A stretch of DNA of 64,000 bases, from positions 1 through 64,000 of the IMG/VR virus record IMGVR_UViG_3300003323_000328; one strand, 5' to 3'. The notes under the pieces are model-generated. The model was given only the letters and a program-made list of their open reading frames with translations. It was not told where the DNA came from and ran no database searches. This DNA is from a virus. Position numbers and translations under genes: made by a program. Of the stretch, positions 19,096 through 27,218 are shown in pieces. The first letter of the stretch is position 1; each line of letters opens with the position of its first letter.

Positions 19096-19458
19096 CTATA
19101 CACTAGCTACAACTAATGCTTTTGTCTTTCTTTCAGCCTCAAAATACGGTCCATACTGAGAACTACTGGTAACTTGATCAGGATATACAACACTTTCTCC
19201 CCTACGTTCTGCTTCTTCTTGTAAATCCTTTTTAAGTTTCTGAAAAGTATTTAGTTCTTTATATAGTTTGTTAAGTTCTGTTTGTTTTCTATCAAGAGCC
19301 TCTCTTTCAGCATCTAAGATAGCTTGTTCTCTATTAACTCTAATAAAAGTAGCATATTCTCTATTACAGATAGATAAAAATGCTGTAATAATATGCTTAG
19401 TTGTCATTTGGCACAATCTTATTGCACCACGATTTTTAGTTATCCATACAGGTATCAT
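19096..19458 (-). CDS. hypothetical phage protein
   Basis: N-terminal WITKN...MTTKHI motif followed by a coiled coil. Confidence 0.65.
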   Translation of the reverse strand: MIPVWITKNRGAIRLCQMTTKHIITAFLSICNREYATFIRVNREQAILDAEREALDRKQTELNKLYKELNTFQKLKKDLQEEAERRGESVVYPDQVTSSSQYGPYFEAERKTKALVVASV

Positions 19459-19494
19459 AGGAGAAAGTTTTAAAGGTAGTTAATAATTAAGAAT

Positions 19495-19526
19495 AAAAGA
19501 AGTAGAGAATTAAACATTCTCTACTT
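19495..19526 (-). terminator. intrinsic terminator
   Basis: AAGTAGAGAAT/ATTCTCTACTT stem followed by CTTTT on the minus strand. Confidence 0.7.
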
Positions 19527-19534
19527 TAAATCAA

Positions 19535-19978
19535 TTAAGCAGTAACTTCAACTGAAGAAACTGCTTGAGTATTAGGGGCAATACTTATAGAAGGACGTTT
19601 ACCAAGAATTTCTCCTGTAACTTCATCTACAATGGGATGATTCTGATTAGCAAATACTGTTACTTCGTTTTCATCTGGAAAAACGACAGTAGAATAAGTA
19701 TTTACAGCACGATCATTAAGATAATAAGATTCTACTTTTTTAGTTACACAAGAACCTTCAATAGATTCTTTAGTTTTAAGAAGTTCAAGAGCTTCTTGAT
19801 AGCTAGCACGTTCCCAATACTTTTTACCTGTAGGTTTACCATCAGCATCTCGCTGAAATTGTTCCCAAAAGGTACGTTTAACAGCTCTTTGTCCGAAACC
19901 GGCACGAAAAGAAGCTACAAAGAAATTACGACCATCTTTAGCGGTACGTACATCAGATAATTCAACTAGTTTTACCAT
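19535..19978 (-). CDS. hypothetical protein, possible OB-fold nucleic-acid-binding protein
   Basis: 147 aa, TAKDGRNFF beta-hairpin-like motif, own terminator. Confidence 0.55.
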   Translation of the reverse strand: MVKLVELSDVRTAKDGRNFFVASFRAGFGQRAVKRTFWEQFQRDADGKPTGKKYWERASYQEALELLKTKESIEGSCVTKKVESYYLNDRAVNTYSTVVFPDENEVTVFANQNHPIVDEVTGEILGKRPSISIAPNTQAVSSVEVTA

Positions 19979-20019
19979 AATAATTGGATGTTTAATTTAT
20001 TAATTTGTTTTAGATGTTA

Positions 20020-20277
20020 TTATTTTTTCTTAGGAGGAAGAGGAAGTTTATCTTCTATATCTACTACTTCTGTATGACTATATTCAAGAACAGTAAGAGT
20101 AGGAAAAGGAATTGATTTAGTATCTGGCTCTTTTGGAGTATTATAAAGAGCTATTTGTATATCACCACGATTTAGAATAAGTCCAGGAGCTTTCTTTTCA
20201 AAATAATCTTTTAGTATATTCACCAAATCTATTCCAGAGAGTTCTTCTATGATGACTGTTGTTTTACTTACTTTCAC
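20020..20277 (-). CDS. hypothetical protein
   Basis: 85 aa ORF. Confidence 0.6.
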   Translation of the reverse strand: MKVSKTTVIIEELSGIDLVNILKDYFEKKAPGLILNRGDIQIALYNTPKEPDTKSIPFPTLTVLEYSHTEVVDIEDKLPLPPKKK

Positions 20278-20551
20278 GGTTATAGAGTTTATGAGTGATA
20301 ATTACACGACGTTTTTTCTTTTTATCATAAATAACTTGAGTAGTTTTTCTTTTTACTCTCCCATTACTATATGGAGTATTTTTATCTCCCACTACAACAC
20401 CGCCTCCGTATAGTTTAGGAGACATAGCAGTGATATGTTGTTGCATCTTAGGATGTATTTTAGTAGGAGCAGAAATACCAGCTTTCTTAGCATCTTTCCT
20501 GTTAATATGTTTTACATACCTAGGATCTTTTTGTTCAATTCTGTCTTTCAT
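20264..20551 (-). CDS. hypothetical basic protein
   Basis: 95 aa Lys/Arg-rich ORF. Confidence 0.6.
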   Translation of the reverse strand: MKDRIEQKDPRYVKHINRKDAKKAGISAPTKIHPKMQQHITAMSPKLYGGGVVVGDKNTPYSNGRVKRKTTQVIYDKKKKRRVIITHKLYNRESK

Positions 20552-20617
20552 TAAATTTTAAGTTTAAGATTTACAATAATATTAAGGATACTTTCTCTAG
20601 AAGCAGGATATAAGTCA

Positions 20618-20845
20618 TTATATTACCATTCTACCAGAAGAAGGACTATTATAATGAGTAATTTTCTGAGTTTTAAGAATAGGAGTTACATATCCTAGTT
20701 CTTGGTTTTCTACTCCTTCTTCAAATTTAGTTATTGAATGGGGAAGATCATCTTTTCCTTGAAAGTAAGCATTAACACTTTCAATACTATTAGCTGATAC
20801 TATTCCTATAATAGTACCAGTATGGTCTTTAGCAATAAAAATCAT
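20618..20845 (-). CDS. hypothetical protein
   Basis: 75 aa ORF. Confidence 0.6.
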   Translation of the reverse strand: MIFIAKDHTGTIIGIVSANSIESVNAYFQGKDDLPHSITKFEEGVENQELGYVTPILKTQKITHYNSPSSGRMVI

Positions 20846-20850
20846 ATTTT

Positions 20851-21114
20851 CTATTCTTTTGAATATTCATTAATTCTTTCATATCGTATAGTTTCATACC
20901 ATTCGTCAAACTTATTCTCAAATAATACAAGCATTATATCTGAATCAACCATTCTTAATTGTGCTTCTTCTTTATATAATTGTCTAAACCATACAATGAA
21001 ATTAAGTTCATCAAGATCAGTAAATATACTAGTAGATTGTTTGAAAAAAGAGCCAGCTATGACACCATGACTAGATTCTATCCAGTTCTTAAAGGCTTCT
21101 TTAAATTCTTCCAT
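20851..21114 (-). CDS. hypothetical acidic protein
   Basis: 87 aa ORF. Confidence 0.6.
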   Translation of the reverse strand: MEEFKEAFKNWIESSHGVIAGSFFKQSTSIFTDLDELNFIVWFRQLYKEEAQLRMVDSDIMLVLFENKFDEWYETIRYERINEYSKE

Positions 21115-21127
21115 AAAGTTTTAGGGT

Positions 21128-21161
21128 AAAAAGAAAAGGCAGTATGTGAGGACTGCCTTTT
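21128..21161 (-). terminator. intrinsic terminator
   Basis: AAAAGGCAGT/ACTGCCTTTT stem followed by CTTTTT on the minus strand. Confidence 0.75.
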
Positions 21162-21239
21162 GCAAAAAGATAAATCAGGATTTCCACATCAAAGAACGTC
21201 TTTAAAGAATATGTGGACTATCTTTAATATTTTAAATAA

Positions 21240-21512
21240 CTATTTAGGTTGATTTTCTTTATAGAAATCTTCCAAAGCTTTAGATTGAGCTAAAGAAGCA
21301 CCACCTTTAAGATAAAGTCTTTCGAGATACTCGGATACATTATTAGTAATAAATTGATAAGGTGTAATAGGATTATCAATAAGTTCTCTTTTTGCATCTT
21401 TTACATAAGGAACTTTTTCCTGATAGCCAAGACCAACACAAATATTTTTAATAATTTCTTCTTGTGTTTCACCTTCTTTAGTTCGATTGTAGACGATTGT
21501 GATTGCTGCCAT
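21240..21512 (-). CDS. hypothetical protein with its own promoter and terminator
   Basis: 90 aa ORF between the promoter at 21538-21568 and the terminator at 21128-21161. Confidence 0.7.
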   Translation of the reverse strand: MAAITIVYNRTKEGETQEEIIKNICVGLGYQEKVPYVKDAKRELIDNPITPYQFITNNVSEYLERLYLKGGASLAQSKALEDFYKENQPK

Positions 21513-21537
21513 AATTTTGTTATAAATTTTTACTCAG

Positions 21538-21568
21538 CAAATTTACAAAAACTAAAGTAACTTCCAAA
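21538..21568 (-). promoter_or_regulatory. Bacteroidota consensus promoter
   Basis: Minus strand TTTG-N19-TAAATTTG, an exact match to TTTG-N19-21-TAnnTTTG. Confidence 0.7.
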
Positions 21569-21716
21569 GATTAAAATCAGGGACCATATCAGAAAGTTCT
21601 TCAAAAGCTACTTCAATATTAGGAGCAAAAATTATTTTTATACTTCCAGTATTTATATGTTTAAATCTAAACATATAAATTCTAAGAGTACGAGTTGTAG
21701 GATATTTAGTACTCAT
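21552..21716 (-). CDS. 54 aa hypothetical protein (MSTKYPTTRTLRIYMF...)
   Basis: Manual translation; fills the gap and overlaps the upstream stop. Confidence 0.55.
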   Translation of the reverse strand: MSTKYPTTRTLRIYMFRFKHINTGSIKIIFAPNIEVAFEELSDMVPDFNLWKLL

Positions 21717-21915
21717 GACGCTCTAATATATAAAACTTTTTTCCACTAGGTATCATAATAACTGTATCTCCAACCTCATAAGGTATTCTACTCCAATTAG
21801 TGTGTATCTCCTTTGTATCTACATTTGTAAAAGTATAGGTATAAATAGGAGCACAACTAATAGTTAAAATTAATAAGAATAGAAATACTATTCTTTTAGA
21901 TATATAGCTAACCAT
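21706..21915 (-). CDS. small putative lipoprotein
   Basis: KR + hydrophobic stretch + LTIS-C lipobox. Confidence 0.6.
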   Translation of the reverse strand: MVSYISKRIVFLFLLILTISCAPIYTYTFTNVDTKEIHTNWSRIPYEVGDTVIMIPSGKKFYILERHEY

Positions 21916-22181
21916 ACTATAAAGATTAATAATATGAGAAAAGCGTTAAATACATTTTGAAATATTATCCTGTAGTTAGTTCGATACAAGTTAACTGGTA
22001 GTTCTATCTCTAAATGAATAAAGAAAAAATCAAAAGCTACAAGAGGATAACCATTAATATCAAGAGTAATACCAAAAGTCCATCTACCATCCTGAAACAA
22101 ATAGAATGAAAACCAACCTAAGTGTCCATTAAAGTATTTAAAAATACGTTTAGTTCTGAGATAATTTACAAGTTTATTCAT
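21888..22181 (-). CDS. hypothetical membrane protein (probable start MNKLVNY)
   Basis: C-terminal hydrophobic helix; listed start overlaps the upstream gene. Confidence 0.55.
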   Translation of the reverse strand: MNKLVNYLRTKRIFKYFNGHLGWFSFYLFQDGRWTFGITLDINGYPLVAFDFFFIHLEIELPVNLYRTNYRIIFQNVFNAFLILLIFIVWLAIYLKE

Positions 22182-22449
22182 AAAAATTAGGATTATGTGA
22201 TTCAATAAAAGGTGTACCACATTTACTACAAGCAACAGAACCTCCAGTTATTCTCATTCTACGATGAATAGGTTTAGGAAAATAAGTATTATCTAAATAA
22301 TATTTAGATTCACTAATATATCTTATTTCTCCTCTACGAGTACGATACATTAGTACACTTCCTAATTCATCATGTTCACCACCTTGAGGACATGCATTAG
22401 AATTAAAATTATCTATAAATGCAATACCCATATTAATGTAATGAGCCAT
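22174..22449 (-). CDS. hypothetical protein, putative Zn-binding
   Basis: CPQGGEH...CSKCG. Confidence 0.6.
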   Translation of the reverse strand: MAHYINMGIAFIDNFNSNACPQGGEHDELGSVLMYRTRRGEIRYISESKYYLDNTYFPKPIHRRMRITGGSVACSKCGTPFIESHNPNFYE

Positions 22450-22451
22450 AA

Positions 22452-22676
22452 TTAAAAATAAGATTCATTTGTAAAATGAGTATCAAATCCATCTTTTGCA
22501 GCACAAATAAGTGCTTCTATTTTATTACCTGCTTTAAGTTTATTAACTGTATGTCTAGGAGAATGAAATATTTCTTCTTCTAATTCTCTTAGTCTATCAA
22601 CATACCTATTAGTTGTATTTCTTATATCAGCAATAATTTCTCTATCATTACGATAGTCTTTATCAGTTGTTATCAT
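22452..22676 (-). CDS. hypothetical protein
   Basis: 74 aa ORF, tight packing. Confidence 0.6.
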   Translation of the reverse strand: MITTDKDYRNDREIIADIRNTTNRYVDRLRELEEEIFHSPRHTVNKLKAGNKIEALICAAKDGFDTHFTNESYF

Positions 22677-22677
22677 A

Positions 22678-22947
22678 TTAATATAATGTTAGTTGAGTGG
22701 ATTTATTCTCTATAGTTTTCTTAATCTCATCCTTAAACTGATTAGAATATTGTTTAGCACCATTAAGTACTATTTTAAATCTAGTACTTTTAGGAGGAGG
22801 TGTGTGAAAAAGAATTTTATTCTTTTCACCAACGCAAAGAGAATACGGTTTATTATATAAATGAGTTTTTACTTTAAAGAACTTCTTTAAATAGTAGTCC
22901 CATCTATATTCTATTAAATCATATAACTTTGTTTCTATCTGCTGCAT
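22678..22947 (-). CDS. hypothetical protein
   Basis: 89 aa ORF. Confidence 0.6.
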   Translation of the reverse strand: MQQIETKLYDLIEYRWDYYLKKFFKVKTHLYNKPYSLCVGEKNKILFHTPPPKSTRFKIVLNGAKQYSNQFKDEIKKTIENKSTQLTLY

Positions 22948-23129
22948 AAAATCAATAATAAAATTGTAGTTCCTACAGCAATTAAAGCACTACTCATAAA
23001 ATGAAAAAATCTATAAGTAGGATATTGAATGTAATAGTCATAACTGCTATTAACTTCAGTAGCTAGTAAGAGTAGTTTTATAACTACTCCTATAGCCACC
23101 ACTATAATATACCCTAGTAATGTACCCAT
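22935..23129 (-). CDS. small two-helix membrane protein
   Basis: Two hydrophobic segments. Confidence 0.6.
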   Translation of the reverse strand: MGTLLGYIIVVAIGVVIKLLLLATEVNSSYDYYIQYPTYRFFHFMSSALIAVGTTILLLILCSR

Positions 23130-23130
23130 A

Positions 23131-23232
23131 TTATTGATAAGTTGGACAAATATGTTGTGTACTTGTACAAGATGTTAGTAATAATAAGCCTAGCATTATC
23201 ATTACTATAATTACGTGTGTTAAGTTTTTCAT
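23131..23232 (-). CDS. 33 aa micro-lipoprotein MKNLTHVIIVMIMLGLLLLTSCTSTQHICPTYQ
   Basis: Manual translation; signal peptide with LLTS-C lipobox; fills the gap between neighbouring genes. Confidence 0.65.
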   Translation of the reverse strand: MKNLTHVIIVMIMLGLLLLTSCTSTQHICPTYQ

Positions 23233-23237
23233 AAGTT

Positions 23238-23489
23238 TTATAATAATTCGTAAATTTTAGCCCAAAAATGATAACCATTTTTTGTAATTGTCCAGACAAA
23301 ACCATGACTACAAATAAATTTAATACTTAATTGTGATTGCTCATAAAGTATATCATCATTACTTACACTTCTCTCTACCACATCTTTAAGATCATCTAAT
23401 GCAGCAATTATTACAGATTCTGGTATTGGTAATACCTTAATAGCATCTACCAATCTCATTATATTTAGTTTAGAAACATCAGGTTTCAT
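23238..23489 (-). CDS. hypothetical protein
   Basis: 83 aa; FVW..T..GYHFW motif. Confidence 0.6.
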   Translation of the reverse strand: MKPDVSKLNIMRLVDAIKVLPIPESVIIAALDDLKDVVERSVSNDDILYEQSQLSIKFICSHGFVWTITKNGYHFWAKIYELL

Positions 23490-23501
23490 AAATTTTTTTT
23501 A

Positions 23502-24233
23502 TTAAGAATCAAATCCCATAACAATTCTTACATCTTCATAATCTTTAGCAAGTTGTTTAAGTGGTTCAACCCAATTTTCTAGTTTATGTTTAAACCATTC
23601 TCTATAAATTACTGTCCAGTTATATTGAACCATATACCTAATATCTGCATTAGAAACAACTTTACCATCAAGAATAGCATCAGCTTCAGATTCATATAAT
23701 GTAACAATATCTGAACTATTTATAATACCAGACCACATTTCAGGGGTTTCCCTTGATACTCTTAGTTTTTCATACTTTTCTAAAGGAATAACACCTGTTT
23801 TAAGCACAACTTGATTCCAATCAAATTTTTCAAAATCTTCTAAAGAAATCCAAGTTCTACTATGGTCTCCAAGGCAATAGTCATCCAATTCTTCACTAGT
23901 AATAGTACTATCTTTTGGTATGCCTCTACAATCAGTCATATAAGAAAAACCATCAGATGTTTTTACTCCTGCAAAACCAAATCCATTTCTAACATTGGCT
24001 ATAACAGCAAACCAATCATAATTTCTACCATCATCTGGATAAGTATTAAATTCAGTTTCCTTATTTAATCCTTTAGTATATCTGTCTATATCTTCTTGAT
24101 CATTTTCAAGAATAGCTTCTTTAAGAAGCTCTTTATATTGAGTATGAAAAGGATTAGGAAAAATAGATTTAGGATTTCTTATCCAATTACCATTTTCTTT
24201 TACTTCTACTATTAAATGTATATCAGTTCCCAT
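23502..24233 (-). CDS. conserved phage protein (MGxDIH type)
   Basis: MGTDIH...RNYDWFAVIANVRN...RGIPKD...GDHSRTW...VRIVMGFDS. Confidence 0.75.
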   Translation of the reverse strand: MGTDIHLIVEVKENGNWIRNPKSIFPNPFHTQYKELLKEAILENDQEDIDRYTKGLNKETEFNTYPDDGRNYDWFAVIANVRNGFGFAGVKTSDGFSYMTDCRGIPKDSTITSEELDDYCLGDHSRTWISLEDFEKFDWNQVVLKTGVIPLEKYEKLRVSRETPEMWSGIINSSDIVTLYESEADAILDGKVVSNADIRYMVQYNWTVIYREWFKHKLENWVEPLKQLAKDYEDVRIVMGFDS

Positions 24234-24240
24234 AATATTT

Positions 24241-24444
24241 TTATTGATTAATAGCTGTAATTGTTTTATCAGTTCTTATAAAAATGAATTTACCAACTTG
24301 TTTAAAATAACCTAAACTTTATAAATAATTAAGTCTAGGACGTTTTCTATCTTCTCTGTAGGCTAAAGATGTATATATAATTGTACCAACAGAAATCTTT
24401 AATAGTTGTCTACATATTCTATCTTTAATATCATATTTAGACAT
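24241..24444 (-). pseudogene. 67-codon ORF interrupted by one in-frame TAA at 24319-24321
   Basis: MSKYDIKDR...RPRLNYL*SLGYFKQVGKFIFIRTDKTITAINQ*; read-through form fills the gap. Confidence 0.45.
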
Positions 24445-24456
24445 AATGTTAGCTAA

Positions 24457-24813
24457 TTAAAGATTTTCATTTACCCAGGTATCAGCTAAGTCTATTATTT
24501 GATACATAGTTTTATCTGTTTGTACAATTTGTTCAAAACTAAGATCAAATAAAAACTGTCTAAGAAACTTAGAAACTTCTTCTTTTGTATATCCTTGTTT
24601 TACTTCTGAAGAAATAAATTCTTTGGTCATATCTACTATCTCTTCTTCTATATAAACATTATATTTTTGATCATATTTATAAACAATATTATTTATTTTA
24701 ATAGTATTATGTACATCTACAAAACTTAAATCATTTTTATCAATACCTGTAGGTATGGGTATAACACCTATTTCTTTGTCTTCTTTATTCCAAACTTTAA
24801 TAGTTGTTTTCAT
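24457..24813 (-). CDS. hypothetical protein
   Basis: 118 aa ORF. Confidence 0.65.
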   Translation of the reverse strand: MKTTIKVWNKEDKEIGVIPIPTGIDKNDLSFVDVHNTIKINNIVYKYDQKYNVYIEEEIVDMTKEFISSEVKQGYTKEEVSKFLRQFLFDLSFEQIVQTDKTMYQIIDLADTWVNENL

Positions 24814-24838
24814 AATGTTAAATAGCTAGGGGTTTGTT

Positions 24839-25030
24839 TTCATCTCTATGGTTTTTACACAGTAGAAACTGGACTTTTATTTATACATGATATAAATACA
24901 TTACCAGTTTACTACTACTGTGTCATCAAATCTACTTTATTTACTTTATAGTATAAATCCACCTAATGATGGTACTGTGTTTCTTAAACACCTAAATAAA
25001 GTTGCCATCTTTGAAATGGCTAGAGATGAA
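24839..25030 (-). ncRNA. candidate structured ncRNA A (192 nt)
   Basis: 10 bp closing stem TTCATCTCTA/TAGAGATGAA plus several internal helices; most G-U pairs favour the minus strand. Confidence 0.65.
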
Positions 25031-25035
25031 GGTTT

Positions 25036-25260
25036 TTATTTAGTCCAGTCTAATTCAAACAGTGCAGTATAAATTGCTTTAGCTATTATACCAAATGTAA
25101 CAGGTAGCCAAAATGTAAATAGCACTATTAATAAGACTATTTTTATCCAAAATGGTGTATCATAATCTTTCATATCTTTTGCCATATTAAACTTATAGTA
25201 GCAAAAAGAAAATCCCACAAAATATAGGATTGTTAATAAGTTAAGTTCAAGTAAAGTCAT
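25036..25260 (-). CDS. small two-helix membrane protein
   Basis: Two hydrophobic segments, FWLP motif. Confidence 0.6.
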   Translation of the reverse strand: MTLLELNLLTILYFVGFSFCYYKFNMAKDMKDYDTPFWIKIVLLIVLFTFWLPVTFGIIAKAIYTALFELDWTK

Positions 25261-25272
25261 AAGTTTATTTAA

Positions 25273-25461
25273 TTACATATCTTGTTTATTTAGCCATTGA
25301 CAATACTTTATAAAAGTATTATAAGGATCATAATCAGTATCATGCTCACAGTTGTATTCTTCAACTGCATCTTCAAGTTGAGCTTGCCATGCACCATCAG
25401 GTAAATCAGCATTATCATAATCTTGCATGTATAAAAATACTCCTTCCATATCTATACTCAT
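25273..25461 (-). CDS. small highly acidic protein
   Basis: 62 aa, Asp/Glu/Tyr-rich, DLPDGAW. Confidence 0.65.
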   Translation of the reverse strand: MSIDMEGVFLYMQDYDNADLPDGAWQAQLEDAVEEYNCEHDTDYDPYNTFIKYCQWLNKQDM

Positions 25462-25467
25462 AATTTT

Positions 25468-25680
25468 TTAATTTATTATACTATAATTACCTGAATGTCT
25501 ATTAGGAAAAGCATCTTCATCACGTTCACCTTCTAAAATCTCTCTTCTAAGAACTTTATAAATATTAGGAAAAACTTGACTAAGTTCAACCATATCTACA
25601 ATAGTTTTAGAAACCATAGTTCTTAACTCTTTAGTAGGAGCAGAAGGTTTAGATTTACATACCCATAAAAACATTTTCAT
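25468..25680 (-). CDS. hypothetical protein
   Basis: 70 aa ORF. Confidence 0.6.
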   Translation of the reverse strand: MKMFLWVCKSKPSAPTKELRTMVSKTIVDMVELSQVFPNIYKVLRREILEGERDEDAFPNRHSGNYSIIN

Positions 25681-25684
25681 AGGG

Positions 25685-25864
25685 TTAATATTTATAATGT
25701 TTTATCCACTGATGAAGAATTTTACCTGTTTTATACTGATGAGTAGTTGTAGTATACTCAATTTTAAGAACAGTAATAAGATAAGGATTTATAAAGAGTC
25801 TAGTATTATATCCTAATTCTATTACATACTTAGTACTATGTCTAAATTGGATAATGATCCTCAT
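25685..25864 (-). CDS. 59 aa hypothetical protein (MRIIIQFRHSTKY...)
   Basis: Manual translation; fills the gap. Confidence 0.55.
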   Translation of the reverse strand: MRIIIQFRHSTKYVIELGYNTRLFINPYLITVLKIEYTTTTHQYKTGKILHQWIKHYKY

Positions 25865-25867
25865 AAA

Positions 25868-26512
25868 TTATATATTAAGTTCTTTAATCATATTCATGGT
25901 TTCAGGAAGAAGACTATTTAGTAATTCAATAGTTCTTTCCAATTTTTCAAGTTTAAGTAATTTTTCTTGAACTGCCTTAATAGCTTCATAAGAACCATGA
26001 ACAAATAAATTAGTGTCACCAGTTCCTACACCAAGAGTTGCTTCAACTCCAGTTTTTGATATAGGATGAATAAAAGCAAAATTAAAAGAATTAGTTTTTA
26101 TCACAAAATAAACATCATATCCTTGACATTCTTGTTCACATTGTATAAAAACTTCATCTCCTTCTTTAATTTTTTCATCTACTATTTCTCTAACAGTAGT
26201 AGGAGAAAGTTGATCATGAAAAACTAATATTTTCTTACAACTATTTATTTGTTCAGTTGTATAGCATGCTCTATAATCCATTCCAAAAGTATCAGGATGT
26301 CCTTCAGGAGTAATACATCTTTCTCCTTCTAATGGAGCTTCTATTTCAGAAATTATTATAGGAAATTTTCCATAAAACCTTGTAAAGATAGTCATTTCAA
26401 ATAAATGATTATTAGCTGAAGGTATACCTAAAAATACTAATTTACCTCTCACCACTGGAACTACAGTATCATTTATATAATGATGTTCTATGTTTTTAAC
26501 TTTTACACTCAT
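25868..26512 (-). CDS. hypothetical protein
   Basis: 214 aa; C-terminal GVGTGDTNLFVHGSYEAIKAVQ module. Confidence 0.7.
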   Translation of the reverse strand: MSVKVKNIEHHYINDTVVPVVRGKLVFLGIPSANNHLFEMTIFTRFYGKFPIIISEIEAPLEGERCITPEGHPDTFGMDYRACYTTEQINSCKKILVFHDQLSPTTVREIVDEKIKEGDEVFIQCEQECQGYDVYFVIKTNSFNFAFIHPISKTGVEATLGVGTGDTNLFVHGSYEAIKAVQEKLLKLEKLERTIELLNSLLPETMNMIKELNI

Positions 26513-26539
26513 AAATTTTATGATTAATAGTTAAAAAAA

Positions 26540-26645
26540 AATAACTCTCTCAAGGTTGCACCTTGAAGTCGTGACTATAAACCTTTAATATGTCGAATAC
26601 ATGGTTTATAAAATATCATCGCCTGCAAATTGGAAGAGAGTTATT
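26540..26645 (-). ncRNA. candidate tRNA-shaped ncRNA C (106 nt)
   Basis: 11 bp closing stem AATAACTCTCT/AGAGAGTTATT, long central arm, T-arm-like CAAGG-TGCAA-CCTTG, followed by a U-tract. Confidence 0.6.
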
Positions 26646-26653
26646 AGTTTTTA

Positions 26654-27178
26654 TTATTTAGTAACAGACTTTAGTTTGTAATAGAAATCTCCATACTGTC
26701 CAAGTTTATCATATACTGCTTTATCTTCACAATATTTGATAATATTATCAATAATAGATTTATCTATTACGACCTTAGATTTAGATGGAATAATTCTAGC
26801 ATACCATTCCCACGGCTTAGTGCTTCTAGTAGCACTAATCTGAAATATAACTTCTTTATTAGTATCAACTTCATCGTTATCAATGGCAGCTTGCCACTGT
26901 GAAAATTTAAGGGGAATTTGATCTGTTAAACGTTTAGTACTTCCACTCAGTGTATTTACTACTTCTGTTTTAAACTCAACGACAAGTGTTTGAATTGAGG
27001 CTTTATGTAGTTTACTTAATCGGAATGATTGTGTGTTTTTTGATTTAAGTACAAAATGGTCTTCATCTACATCTATTATAGTGTAGATATAACCCTTCAT
27101 ACAATTTTCCCATAAGACTTGTATTCCTTTAGTTATTTCTTTAACTGGAATTGCTTTAATTTTGCCTTGCTTTTTCAT
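26654..27178 (-). CDS. hypothetical protein
   Basis: 174 aa ORF. Confidence 0.7.
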   Translation of the reverse strand: MKKQGKIKAIPVKEITKGIQVLWENCMKGYIYTIIDVDEDHFVLKSKNTQSFRLSKLHKASIQTLVVEFKTEVVNTLSGSTKRLTDQIPLKFSQWQAAIDNDEVDTNKEVIFQISATRSTKPWEWYARIIPSKSKVVIDKSIIDNIIKYCEDKAVYDKLGQYGDFYYKLKSVTK

Positions 27179-27218
27179 ATTTGCTTTGCTTTATAGTGTT
27201 AAAAGTTTAGAATTAAAA

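Noticed and set aside
23114-23305. 63 aa ORF from the ORF track
   Set aside because: Overlaps both neighbours; the 33 aa lipoprotein frame 23131..23232 fits the gap better
25709-25760. Two CTGATGA motifs suggesting hammerhead ribozymes
   Set aside because: No stem II followed by GAAA; both are explained as His-Gln codons of the minus-strand ORF 25685..25864
26540-26645. Canonical tRNA gene
   Set aside because: No 7 nt anticodon loop, 5 nt T-loop, no CCA; kept only as a tRNA-like candidate
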